Assembly: GCA_035623825.1 (NCBI GenBank)
Contig: DASPSR010000038.1
Coordinates: 1-14,279 of the forward strand
Direction of reading: 5' to 3'
Length of the DNA: 14,279 nt
Source of the DNA: Nitrospirota bacterium
GTDB taxonomy: Bacteria > Nitrospirota > UBA9217
The notes beneath the pieces are model-generated. The model worked only from the letters and a program-made list of their open reading frames with translations. It was not told the origin of the DNA and did not search any database. A program made the position numbers and the translations under genes. Of this stretch, positions 1 to 7,052 are shown one piece after another (within the stretch, counting starts at the first letter, position 1; the number at the start of each line of letters is the position of its first letter).

Positions 1-1761
1 TCCGCTTAGGGCATTCAGCATCTTGGCCCCGTCAGGGGATCCCCAACCCGTGCACGCATCCCAGCCCGGGCCGGCATTGTATGCTCCTCCGTCGCCGGTG
101 ACGTCGTTGTTGCCGGCCGTGATGTCATGAAATGCGCCTGAGGAGGCAGGAAGGCCGTAGAGCGCAGGATTAAGATAACCGACCGGGCTTCCTATTTTTT
201 GGTTTAGGAGGGCGATCAGGCCTGACCAGAGAGGCGCGACCGCGCTCGTTCCACCGATAACATCCTGTTGTCCATCCACCAGAACCTGATATCCCGTTAC
301 CGGATCAGCGTCTCCTGCCACATCAGGCACACCTCGTCCCACTCGACCTCCTGGGTTTGCTGATGGCGGGACATTGGCTCCGGCTTGCCACTTTGGGAGA
401 TCGAACACGTCACTAATTCCCCCTCCGGTAGCGCCGCCGTCTCTCCCGTCATTCCACACTACTTCCTTAGTGATGACATTACCTGAACCTGTCAGCCGGG
501 TGCCGCCACAGGCAAGCGAATGAGGACTGGAAGCAGGAAAATCCACATGCAGAAGTCCGTCATCTGGTTCCGGTGGGCGAAGATCGGACGAGCCATCGTC
601 CCCCGCTGCACAGCAGACAGTTACGCCGAGGGTCGCGGCCTCCTGGAATGCCTGGTCCATGGCCTGCATTGTCTGTTGCGTCCATCCCTTTTCCGGTCCA
701 CCCCAGCTGATCGAGATAACCGAGGGCTTATTGCTGTTATCGTGGACAGCACTCTTAATCGCATCAAGAAAGCCGGCATCGGTGTTGGGTGCGAAATATA
801 CCACGATCTGCGCACCGGGAGCGACTGCGCCGGCCACCTCGATATCGAGGAGCACCTCGCCATCAGCATTCGTATCTACCATCGGTTGGTTGTTAGCGCC
901 ATCAACAGATACGCTTTTGATCTGCGGTGTGGCGATTCCAAGTTGAGAAAAGTAGGTATCGAGATCCACCATACGGTATCCGCCCCCAAGTTCTATTATG
1001 GCTATGCACTGACCGCTTCCATTCACTCCCTGCGGGAAGTCGTAAAGCTTTGCAATCTGGGGAGGCAGGTAAGATGTGCCATCTGCGCGAGGTTGGGCCG
1101 CTCCTTCCTGTTGTTTCCATGGACGCATGTGCGGCCGGGCTTGAGGCCGGTTATCGAGACCAAGGACGGCCTCAATGACTGGTGCGATGTCCTTCGGCAA
1201 ATGTATCGGTCCTGTACGTCCACGGTATGTTCCGCCCGGATGTTCGTATTTGTACAGATCAACACTAAACGCAGCACTGAGAGCGGCCACTGTCCCGGCG
1301 AGTACCACTCGGCGCTGTGCAGCGTTGGTTTCCACAATTTCCAGTCCGTACTTGCCTGCGAATGCCTCCATCTTTTTTAAATCACCGGGATCGGCACCAT
1401 GCCTCGCGGCAAATTCTTCGCGGCTAAGGTATTTGCGATCAGAAGGTTTGCGAGCACCCATCTTATCGATCATGGAAGTGAGCCCCTTGCTGGAAGGGCG
1501 ACGACGAATGATCACGGTAACCATGGCACGTTCATTCGGATCTGCCGGCCCAACTACGCGTGCCCCGGGAAGAGCGGTGCGCCCGCTGCCAGCGATCGGA
1601 ATTCGCTTCATAGGTGCTGGCACAATTTTTTTCTTTTTTGAAGTCTTCTTTATTGCTTTTTTGCCGAGAAGCTTCTTTTTCTTGACCGTTTTTTTGACAG
1701 CTTTTTTAAGCGTGGATTTTTTTACTTTTGACTTACTTTTGCCCCGTGATTTTTTAGGCAT
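1..1761 (-). CDS. S53 family (sedolisin/kumamolisin-like) serine-carboxyl peptidase with pro-domain and Lys-rich N-terminal extension; 3' end runs off the window
   Basis: Translated by hand: ATG at 1761, RBS AAGGAGGA at 1771-1778, open to position 1 (587 codons, no stop in window). Pro-kumamolisin-like region (GARVVGPADP...LSREEFAARHGA...VLGLDNRPQARPH). Catalytic motifs DGEVLLDIE (E 856-858, D 844-846), ISISWG, AAGDDG (oxyanion D 598-600), DFPASSP, GRGVPDVA, GGTSAVAP (S 244-246). C-terminal FHDIT..GWDACTGWGSPDG Ca-binding region. Confidence 0.95.
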   Translation of the reverse strand, partial: MPKKSRGKSKSKVKKSTLKKAVKKTVKKKKLLGKKAIKKTSKKKKIVPAPMKRIPIAGSGRTALPGARVVGPADPNERAMVTVIIRRRPSSKGLTSMIDKMGARKPSDRKYLSREEFAARHGADPGDLKKMEAFAGKYGLEIVETNAAQRRVVLAGTVAALSAAFSVDLYKYEHPGGTYRGRTGPIHLPKDIAPVIEAVLGLDNRPQARPHMRPWKQQEGAAQPRADGTSYLPPQIAKLYDFPQGVNGSGQCIAIIELGGGYRMVDLDTYFSQLGIATPQIKSVSVDGANNQPMVDTNADGEVLLDIEVAGAVAPGAQIVVYFAPNTDAGFLDAIKSAVHDNSNKPSVISISWGGPEKGWTQQTMQAMDQAFQEAATLGVTVCCAAGDDGSSDLRPPEPDDGLLHVDFPASSPHSLACGGTRLTGSGNVITKEVVWNDGRDGGATGGGISDVFDLPKWQAGANVPPSANPGGRVGRGVPDVAGDADPVTGYQVLVDGQQDVIGGTSAVAPLWSGLIALLNQKIGSPVGYLNPALYGLPASSGAFHDITAGNNDVTGDGGAYNAGPGWDACTGWGSPDGAKMLNALSG

Positions 1762-1847
1762 GTGATGATTTCCTCCTTGTTCATAATTTCCTAAACCATG
1801 ATGCCGACTTAAGGTTCGATACGGTCCTGCAGGAACTGACTATCGGA

Positions 1848-3149
1848 TCAAAGCGATTTCAAGAACGTTATGAGCTGTCGCTTCTGACGATTCGTTAGAG
1901 CAATGAACTTTTTTCGCTCCAGGGATGCCTCTCCCCGGTGCCTCAGGATGGCATCGGCGAACGTCAGCGACTTGCCGTCGTGCATGAGGCGGCTGCGAGT
2001 CCGGACGCCCCACAAAGGAGGCGTGCGCATCCTGTTGGCAGTGAGGGAATACTGCGGCTGCATTTCGTAGTATGACATGCCGTAGTGTTCTATGACGGGT
2101 ATGACGATGCCATCGCCAGTTCCGACGTTGTGAAGCAGGAAGTCGCTGAAAGGATGAAATATCTTGTCCCCTAATGCCGGTGGAACAGTGAAGGTGCCGC
2201 CGTTTATCTGTGTTCCGGCCGGTACTGTCTGCATCGTGCGTACATGGCACTGCGCGCATCCGACGGAGTCAAAGAGGGCCGATCCTTTCTTCGCATCCTC
2301 GGTCTGGGAGAGCTTCACATCCCGGGGAGGCACTTTTGTGGCGCGCATGAACCGGGCGAAGTGGTCGATGTCCGCCAGCCCGTCCGTCCCGGGCACGTCT
2401 TCGGGGTCCTTTACCGTGTCGCAGAGCGTCGTGACTTCAGTGGGTTGGAGGCGGTTGGTGATTCCCATTTCGTTGAGATACGCGTCGCCTGCGAAGGAGA
2501 GCAAGGTGGCCTGCTGGTCCTTCCAGCCGAACCTCCCTATGCGATACTTCCCTGGCGCTTCCAACACGGGTACCGAGATGGCTTTGCCGCAGATCCTGCC
2601 GTGCGTCTTATGGCACTGGCTAGTCGCGATCTGATTCAGTGTCTCGTCGGCAACCGCCTCCACGAATCCGTCCCCCAATAAGTTCAAGGAAGTGCGCAGA
2701 GTCCGGATAGTCTCTGTATCAGGAACGCGCTCCTGGATCTCTGCGTCAGGAAATTCGCCATTTGGGCAGATGGCGCGGTCATTGATGAGGGTGCGACCCG
2801 TTATAACCGTGGAGCCATCTGCGATAGGAACGCTGGGATTGACGAAGTTGCCTTTGCTGTCAAGGTGCCCTACGCGCAGCTCGGTCACCTGGCTGATGCC
2901 TCCGGACTGCGGGTTCTGATGGCACTCGCGGCAAGATTGGGCATTGTAAAGCGGGCCGAGGCCGTCTGATATTTCTTCGACCTCATCAAATACTTCAGCG
3001 TCAGCCGTATGCGTTGCTGCATCCACCAGACCGTTGGTAGCTCCGTCGAATGCCGCAGGCGCTTCCTGTGGACCTGTCTCTGCAATTCCGATAGATAGCC
3101 CCAGAGCGAGCAATGTTAACAGTGCAAGAGCACAAACTAAGCTTTTCAT
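1848..3149 (-). CDS. Secreted di-haem c oxidoreductase/peroxidase-like protein (DHOR family)
   Basis: Start placed at ATG 3149 (GGAGG at 3155-3159) rather than GTG 3155. N-terminal signal peptide MKSLVCALALLTLLALGLSIGIA. Two CXXCH motifs: CRECH (2919-2933) and CAQCH (2244-2258). Family-type motifs DGLGPLYNA, GRFGWK, AYLNEMGIT, PFSDFLLH, RTPPLWG, LMHDG, AILRHRGEA, FLKSL. Confidence 0.88.
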   Translation of the reverse strand: MKSLVCALALLTLLALGLSIGIAETGPQEAPAAFDGATNGLVDAATHTADAEVFDEVEEISDGLGPLYNAQSCRECHQNPQSGGISQVTELRVGHLDSKGNFVNPSVPIADGSTVITGRTLINDRAICPNGEFPDAEIQERVPDTETIRTLRTSLNLLGDGFVEAVADETLNQIATSQCHKTHGRICGKAISVPVLEAPGKYRIGRFGWKDQQATLLSFAGDAYLNEMGITNRLQPTEVTTLCDTVKDPEDVPGTDGLADIDHFARFMRATKVPPRDVKLSQTEDAKKGSALFDSVGCAQCHVRTMQTVPAGTQINGGTFTVPPALGDKIFHPFSDFLLHNVGTGDGIVIPVIEHYGMSYYEMQPQYSLTANRMRTPPLWGVRTRSRLMHDGKSLTFADAILRHRGEASLERKKFIALTNRQKRQLITFLKSL

Positions 3150-3331
3150 AGACACCTCCCGAATCTTCTAAAGAGTTTTCAATATGAAGTGTGACTCTCA
3201 CGCTTTTACTACAGATCGACTCTACAAATTGCCGACACCGCATGCTTGCTGCAATACATTAGCAATCAAACATTAAGACGTGAAAACATCATTTAGTTGG
3301 ATATTGTATTGTTCTCCGTCCTCTAAAACAT

Positions 3332-3362
3332 AAAAAGCCGCCAGAGATAATCTCTGGCGGCT
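3332..3362 (-). terminator. Rho-independent terminator forming the expression platform of the riboswitch
   Basis: Minus strand AGCCGCCAGAGA-UUA-UCUCUGGCGGCU, a perfect 12-bp stem, followed by UUUUAUGUUUU. Its 5' arm overlaps the 3' end of the aptamer. Confidence 0.9.
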
Positions 3363-3443
3363 CGGCGGACATTCAATCCAGTTACCTGGTTGGCCCCGTT
3401 GCTCTGCGTCCCGGGGTTTCCCCCGGTTTGCTCTGAGCAGAGA
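3351..3443 (-). ncRNA. GEMM-I (c-di-GMP-I family) riboswitch aptamer, A20 variant (candidate 3',3'-cGAMP sensor)
   Basis: Minus strand reads UCUCUG-CUCAGA-GCAAA-CCGGGG-GAAA-CCCCGG-GACGCAGAGC-AACGGGGCCAA-CCAG-GUAA-CUGG-AUUGAAUGUCC-GCCGAGCCGC-CAGAGA. It has P1 UCUCUG/CAGAGA, the GCAAA and GACGC core motifs, a P2 hairpin with GAAA tetraloop, and P3 with a receptor-like CCAA/AUG element ending GCCGAGCCGCC. This matches the c-di-GMP-I consensus layout. Confidence 0.88.
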
Positions 3444-3506
3444 AGAATTTAATTCTTTAAATCCTTCGAATTCTATCAATGAGCATGTAAAAACCACATT
3501 ATTATT

Positions 3507-3535
3507 AATTTATCAAATTAAGTGACTCAAGTCAA
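3507..3535 (-). promoter_or_regulatory. Putative sigma70 promoter driving the riboswitch leader
   Basis: Minus strand TTGACT (3535-3530), 17-nt spacer, TAAATT (3512-3507) preceded by TGn. It lies about 65 nt upstream of the aptamer in the correct orientation. Confidence 0.5.
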
Positions 3536-3648
3536 CCCCATGAGGGTGGATTTTGTTACTGCAAAAGAGCGCCGTGTATTACATAAAACCAGGAATTTAT
3601 AGGCGAGGAGCAATCGTCAAGTCTTTGAATCTCTTAAACTAATAATTG

Positions 3649-3676
3649 TTGACAATTCTATTTTTTTTGGTACAAT
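3649..3676 (+). promoter_or_regulatory. Putative sigma70 promoter of the diguanylate cyclase gene
   Basis: TTGACA (3649-3654), 16-nt spacer, TACAAT (3671-3676) with extended -10 TGn. About 90 nt upstream of the start codon. Confidence 0.7.
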
Positions 3677-3768
3677 TAATATAGAAATTGAATATCTCGT
3701 TTAAGGCGATTTAGTCTGACGCTACTTCTGTCCGGCTCATCGACGATACTCGATTCTTGGAGAGTCAA

Positions 3769-5619
3769 ATGCATGCTAGGATTATGCCTACGCGGCTTAT
3801 ACATCCGAGTAGTTTTTTACATGTCATCCTTCTACTGTTGTCGATGTGTCTCGTATTTTGCGTTAACTCGTCCTTGGCGCAGCCCAAAGTGACCGTGTCC
3901 CCTCCGGACAGGATCGTGGCCGTTATCCCGCCTGATTCTCCACCCACATATTTTATTGATAAAAAAACTGGCAAACCGGCCGGCTTTGCGGTCGATGCCA
4001 TGAACGCCATTGCCAAGCGCGCCGGCCTGCGCGTCGATTACATTTTTGAAGATGGCTGGACCGATATTATGAACCTGTTAATGAGCGGTAAAGCGGATGT
4101 TGTCCCTGGTCTCGGCGTAAGTGAAGAACGAAAAGAATATTGTGCATACACCGAGCCGCTGGAAACATTCCCTGTTTCATTTTTTGTACGCGCCAAACAC
4201 CCCGACCTCACGTCGACGCCGGGCATTCACCTTGTGGGGGTCATTCAAGGGAGCGTTGCATTTGAACATCTGAAAGACCGGCCTGATCTGCGCCTGTCGG
4301 AATATGAGAGCTTTGTCCAGGGGCTATTCGATCTTCTCGCGGGGAAAATAGATGCTTTCGCATGTCCTGCGCCGACGCTTCAGGCTCTTGCCCGCGAGTC
4401 GGGAGTAGATGACCAGATCAAAATGATCGATGAGCCGATAGTCGAGATCAAGCGGGCAATTGGCGTTCGCAAAGACAATACTGCGCTTTTGAGACGGTTG
4501 GATAAGGCCATGGCTGGTTTTGTCGGCTCGCCTGAATATCAACGTATTTATGTTAAGTGGTATGGTAAGCCGACTCCTTTCTGGACCTTGAGAAAAGTTG
4601 CCATACTAGGAATTGCGGCAGGGTCGTTCGTCATCATTATGGCGATTTGGAGGCATTTATCGCTGCTGAGACTCAACCGCGAACTTAACATCACAATACA
4701 AGAACGAAACAAGGCCGAGCTGGAGTTGAGGGAAAGCGAAAACAAATACAGAAAAATATTTGAAAATGTCCAGGATGTATTCTATCAGTCGGATATGAAT
4801 GGAATTGTTACCGACATAAGCCCGTCAATCCTGCGATACTCCGGCTTTACCCGTGAAGAACTGATCGGCAAACCTATCACAGATTACTACTATAATCCAC
4901 ACGACGGGGTCAAGCTATTTGAAACGATGCGGAAAGACGGAGAAGTAATCGATTATGAGGTCCGGCTGAAAACGAAAGAAGATCAATTCGTGATCGCATC
5001 GGCCAATGCGCATTACATTTATAATGATGGCGGAGCGCCTTCCGGAATGGAGGGGTCATTCCACGATATCACTGAGCGAAAAAAAGCGGCTGAGGAACTG
5101 AAGCGCCTGAACGAGCTTCTTGCATGCCAGGCTACCACGGATCAACTCACCGGAATATCGAACCGGTCGAAGTTCAACGAAGCGTTAAACATCGAGATCC
5201 AGCGTTCGAAACGATTTAAATTCCCACTTTCGCTTATTATCTTCGATATCGACCATTTCAAAAACATAAATGACATGTACGGCCACAATGCCGGCGACCG
5301 CGTCCTGCAGGAACTTGCGGGATTGGTTTCGAAGGTTGTCAGAAAACATGACCTCTTCGCCCGCTGGGGAGGAGAGGAGTTTGTAATCATGGTGACGAAC
5401 ACAGAACTGCTTGGTGCTGAAATTTTCGCGGAAAAACTGCGCATGCTAATAGGAAAATCTGACTTCCTAGGCGGGGTACATCTTACAAGCAGCTTCGGTG
5501 TGGCTGAATTCTCCCCTTACGATACCAACGAGGCTTTGATCAATCGAGCGGATAAAGCACTTTACCGGGCGAAAACGGGAGGAAGAAACAGAGTTGAATC
5601 CATGCCGGCGTCAGACTGA
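3769..5619 (+). CDS. Membrane-anchored diguanylate cyclase: periplasmic substrate-binding (family 3/PBPb) domain, TM helix, PAS domain, GGDEF domain
   Basis: Start uncertain (ATG 3769 follows GGAG 3759-3762; the track uses TTG 3757). Hydrophobic signal ending SLA. PBPb motifs (DSPPTYF..GKPAGFAVD, GKADVV, GKIDAF, YQRIYVKWYG). TM segment VAILGIAAGSFVIIMAIW. PAS (ESENKYRKIFEN...GFTREELIGK...DITERK). GGDEF domain (TDQLTGISNR, FDIDHFKNIND, GHNAGD, RKHD I-site 5341-5352, GGEEF 5368-5382, ADKALYRAK..GRNRV). Confidence 0.95.
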   Translation: MHARIMPTRLIHPSSFLHVILLLLSMCLVFCVNSSLAQPKVTVSPPDRIVAVIPPDSPPTYFIDKKTGKPAGFAVDAMNAIAKRAGLRVDYIFEDGWTDIMNLLMSGKADVVPGLGVSEERKEYCAYTEPLETFPVSFFVRAKHPDLTSTPGIHLVGVIQGSVAFEHLKDRPDLRLSEYESFVQGLFDLLAGKIDAFACPAPTLQALARESGVDDQIKMIDEPIVEIKRAIGVRKDNTALLRRLDKAMAGFVGSPEYQRIYVKWYGKPTPFWTLRKVAILGIAAGSFVIIMAIWRHLSLLRLNRELNITIQERNKAELELRESENKYRKIFENVQDVFYQSDMNGIVTDISPSILRYSGFTREELIGKPITDYYYNPHDGVKLFETMRKDGEVIDYEVRLKTKEDQFVIASANAHYIYNDGGAPSGMEGSFHDITERKKAAEELKRLNELLACQATTDQLTGISNRSKFNEALNIEIQRSKRFKFPLSLIIFDIDHFKNINDMYGHNAGDRVLQELAGLVSKVVRKHDLFARWGGEEFVIMVTNTELLGAEIFAEKLRMLIGKSDFLGGVHLTSSFGVAEFSPYDTNEALINRADKALYRAKTGGRNRVESMPASD

Positions 5620-5642
5620 GAAGCTTAATTGGTAATATCATT

Positions 5643-6053
5643 TTAGCTTATGATCAAAAAAGTGCCGGTATCGCCGAAACATGCGCCTGCTGAGGTCACA
5701 GAATAAGTTCCCGATATCAAACCTCCCGAAATAGTTCCGATAAAATTACCAATTCCCGGGGCGCTCCAACTAACCGTAGTCCCCGAAACAGTCCATCCGG
5801 TGATTGAAGAAGTTGAAAAACAAGGAGAACCGTTCATTGTTACGCTGCCGGTAAAAGCCGTGCCCGATTCAATAACTGTCAGGGACATAGTTCCATTCGC
5901 GATAACTTTGTTGCTGACCCAGGTACCATTCCAAATTTGAGTAGGTGCCGGCGTATCGGGGACAGTGCCTCCTTCCTCCGATCCGCCGCAACCTGAGAGG
6001 AAAGATGTAAAAACTAATGTAATAATCATAAGTAACATGTGTTTGCTTATCAT
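5643..6053 (-). CDS. Hypothetical lipoprotein, beta-strand rich
   Basis: AGAGG RBS before ATG. Basic N-terminus, hydrophobic stretch and lipobox LSG-C, then a GGSEEGG..PDTPAP linker. Mature part is Gly/Thr/Ser-rich with alternating strands and two further Cys. Confidence 0.8.
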   Translation of the reverse strand: MISKHMLLMIITLVFTSFLSGCGGSEEGGTVPDTPAPTQIWNGTWVSNKVIANGTMSLTVIESGTAFTGSVTMNGSPCFSTSSITGWTVSGTTVSWSAPGIGNFIGTISGGLISGTYSVTSAGACFGDTGTFLIIS

Positions 6054-6413
6054 GTCAACCTCTTTGATATATATTTTCCACGGTTGATTTGTTCGAACCG
6101 GTTCATTGAGATTCGAAACTGAATACTAATCAAAGTTACTGCCTCACATAGAGCTTTTTCTTCCAACATCGGGCACTTCACTCGATGATGACTGCTAGAG
6201 TAAGCTTATCATAAAAAAATATATTTTAGAATCATCCAGAATGATTTTGACGATATTTTTCAGGGGTGAATGACTGGAGAGCCTGGATAAATGGATCGTA
6301 TCAACAGGGAAATAAACGGGACAGGTCTTCGAGCTTTCGACCCGGCGGTTCAACGACCCTGGGCCACAACCCGAGTCGGGCTTCGTCACTGTGTTAGCGC
6401 GGCCTGAATGCAG

Positions 6414-6953
6414 CTATTTTTTACGCTTATACAACATGATTCCAAGATATTTATTCAGAGGATGTGAACGTTCGAGAAACGGTATCAGAGGCTTTCTTGT
6501 CCTGACTCGCATCCTTCGCAATTCCTTATGGATATCTTCGTTGCCCGGATCGTAAGATAACCCTATATTAAATGCATCCAATGATTCTTTCCGTTTGCCA
6601 GCAGTTGAATACGCCTTACCGAGGTTATAATAACATAGCGAATAACCCATAGCCTCATCGCAAAAAGTCTTTACCTGAAGTTTTTTGATTGCTTTCTGGC
6701 AAGTTGCAATTCCCCTATTGTACTTCCTGTCAACAATGGCCAAAAGACACCCATAATATGACAATAGAATCGGCTCATTGGGGAAATACATCATCGCAGC
6801 CTGTAATAGCTCGAATGCCTTTCTTAGTTTGCCCTTCCGTAAATACGCCTTCACCCGCAGAAAATATTCGACAGGCGTGATTGTTTCGGCATCTACGATG
6901 TAGCTTAGAGCGCTCCAATGTTCTGCCGGCAAAACAGCAGGATCTTTTTTCAT
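6414..6953 (-). CDS. Tetratricopeptide-repeat protein
   Basis: GGGAGG RBS. TPR-like helical pairs (AYLRKGKLRKAFELLQAAMMYFPNEP; YYNLGKAYSTAGKRKESLDAFNIGLSYDPGN). Basic C-terminal tail KPLIPFLERSHPLNKYLG. Confidence 0.8.
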   Translation of the reverse strand: MKKDPAVLPAEHWSALSYIVDAETITPVEYFLRVKAYLRKGKLRKAFELLQAAMMYFPNEPILLSYYGCLLAIVDRKYNRGIATCQKAIKKLQVKTFCDEAMGYSLCYYNLGKAYSTAGKRKESLDAFNIGLSYDPGNEDIHKELRRMRVRTRKPLIPFLERSHPLNKYLGIMLYKRKK

Positions 6954-7052
6954 GATTACGTGCCTCCCTGATAAGCTCCTCGCAATGGGAAGTCAGCTTT
7001 TTTTCAGATAGCGATACAAAGAGTCTATCAGCAATGTAGAGCTTTATGCTCC

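Noticed and set aside
520-1765. Plus-strand ORFs 520..1380 (286 aa), 1175..1765, 1399..1641 and smaller ORFs in this span
   Set aside because: Antisense or off-frame shadows of the S53 peptidase. The Phe-rich end of 1175..1765 is just the reverse complement of the poly-Lys codons.
1840-3243. ORFs 1840..2259, 2164..2634, 2244..2681, 2692..2919, 2885..3085, 3001..3243
   Set aside because: They overlap the DHOR gene in other frames or on the other strand and have no recognisable motifs.
3273-3497. 74-aa minus-strand ORF
   Set aside because: It runs through the riboswitch and terminator, has no RBS or protein-like features, and the RNA structure explains the sequence.
5281-5298. GGDEF protein as a Hypr (GacA-like) cGAMP synthase
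   Set aside because: It has Asp (GHNAGD), not Ser/Thr, at the specificity position.
6084-6133. Possible long hairpin TTGATT...AATCAA upstream of the lipoprotein
   Set aside because: AT-rich, bulged and weak, with no recognisable RNA motif.
6195-6389. 64-aa minus-strand ORF
   Set aside because: GTG start without RBS and no recognisable domain.
6348-6399. Bona fide integron attC site or cassette array
   Set aside because: Only about 52 nt, poor internal dyad symmetry, no similar sites after neighbouring genes and no integrase. Kept only as a low-interest relic.
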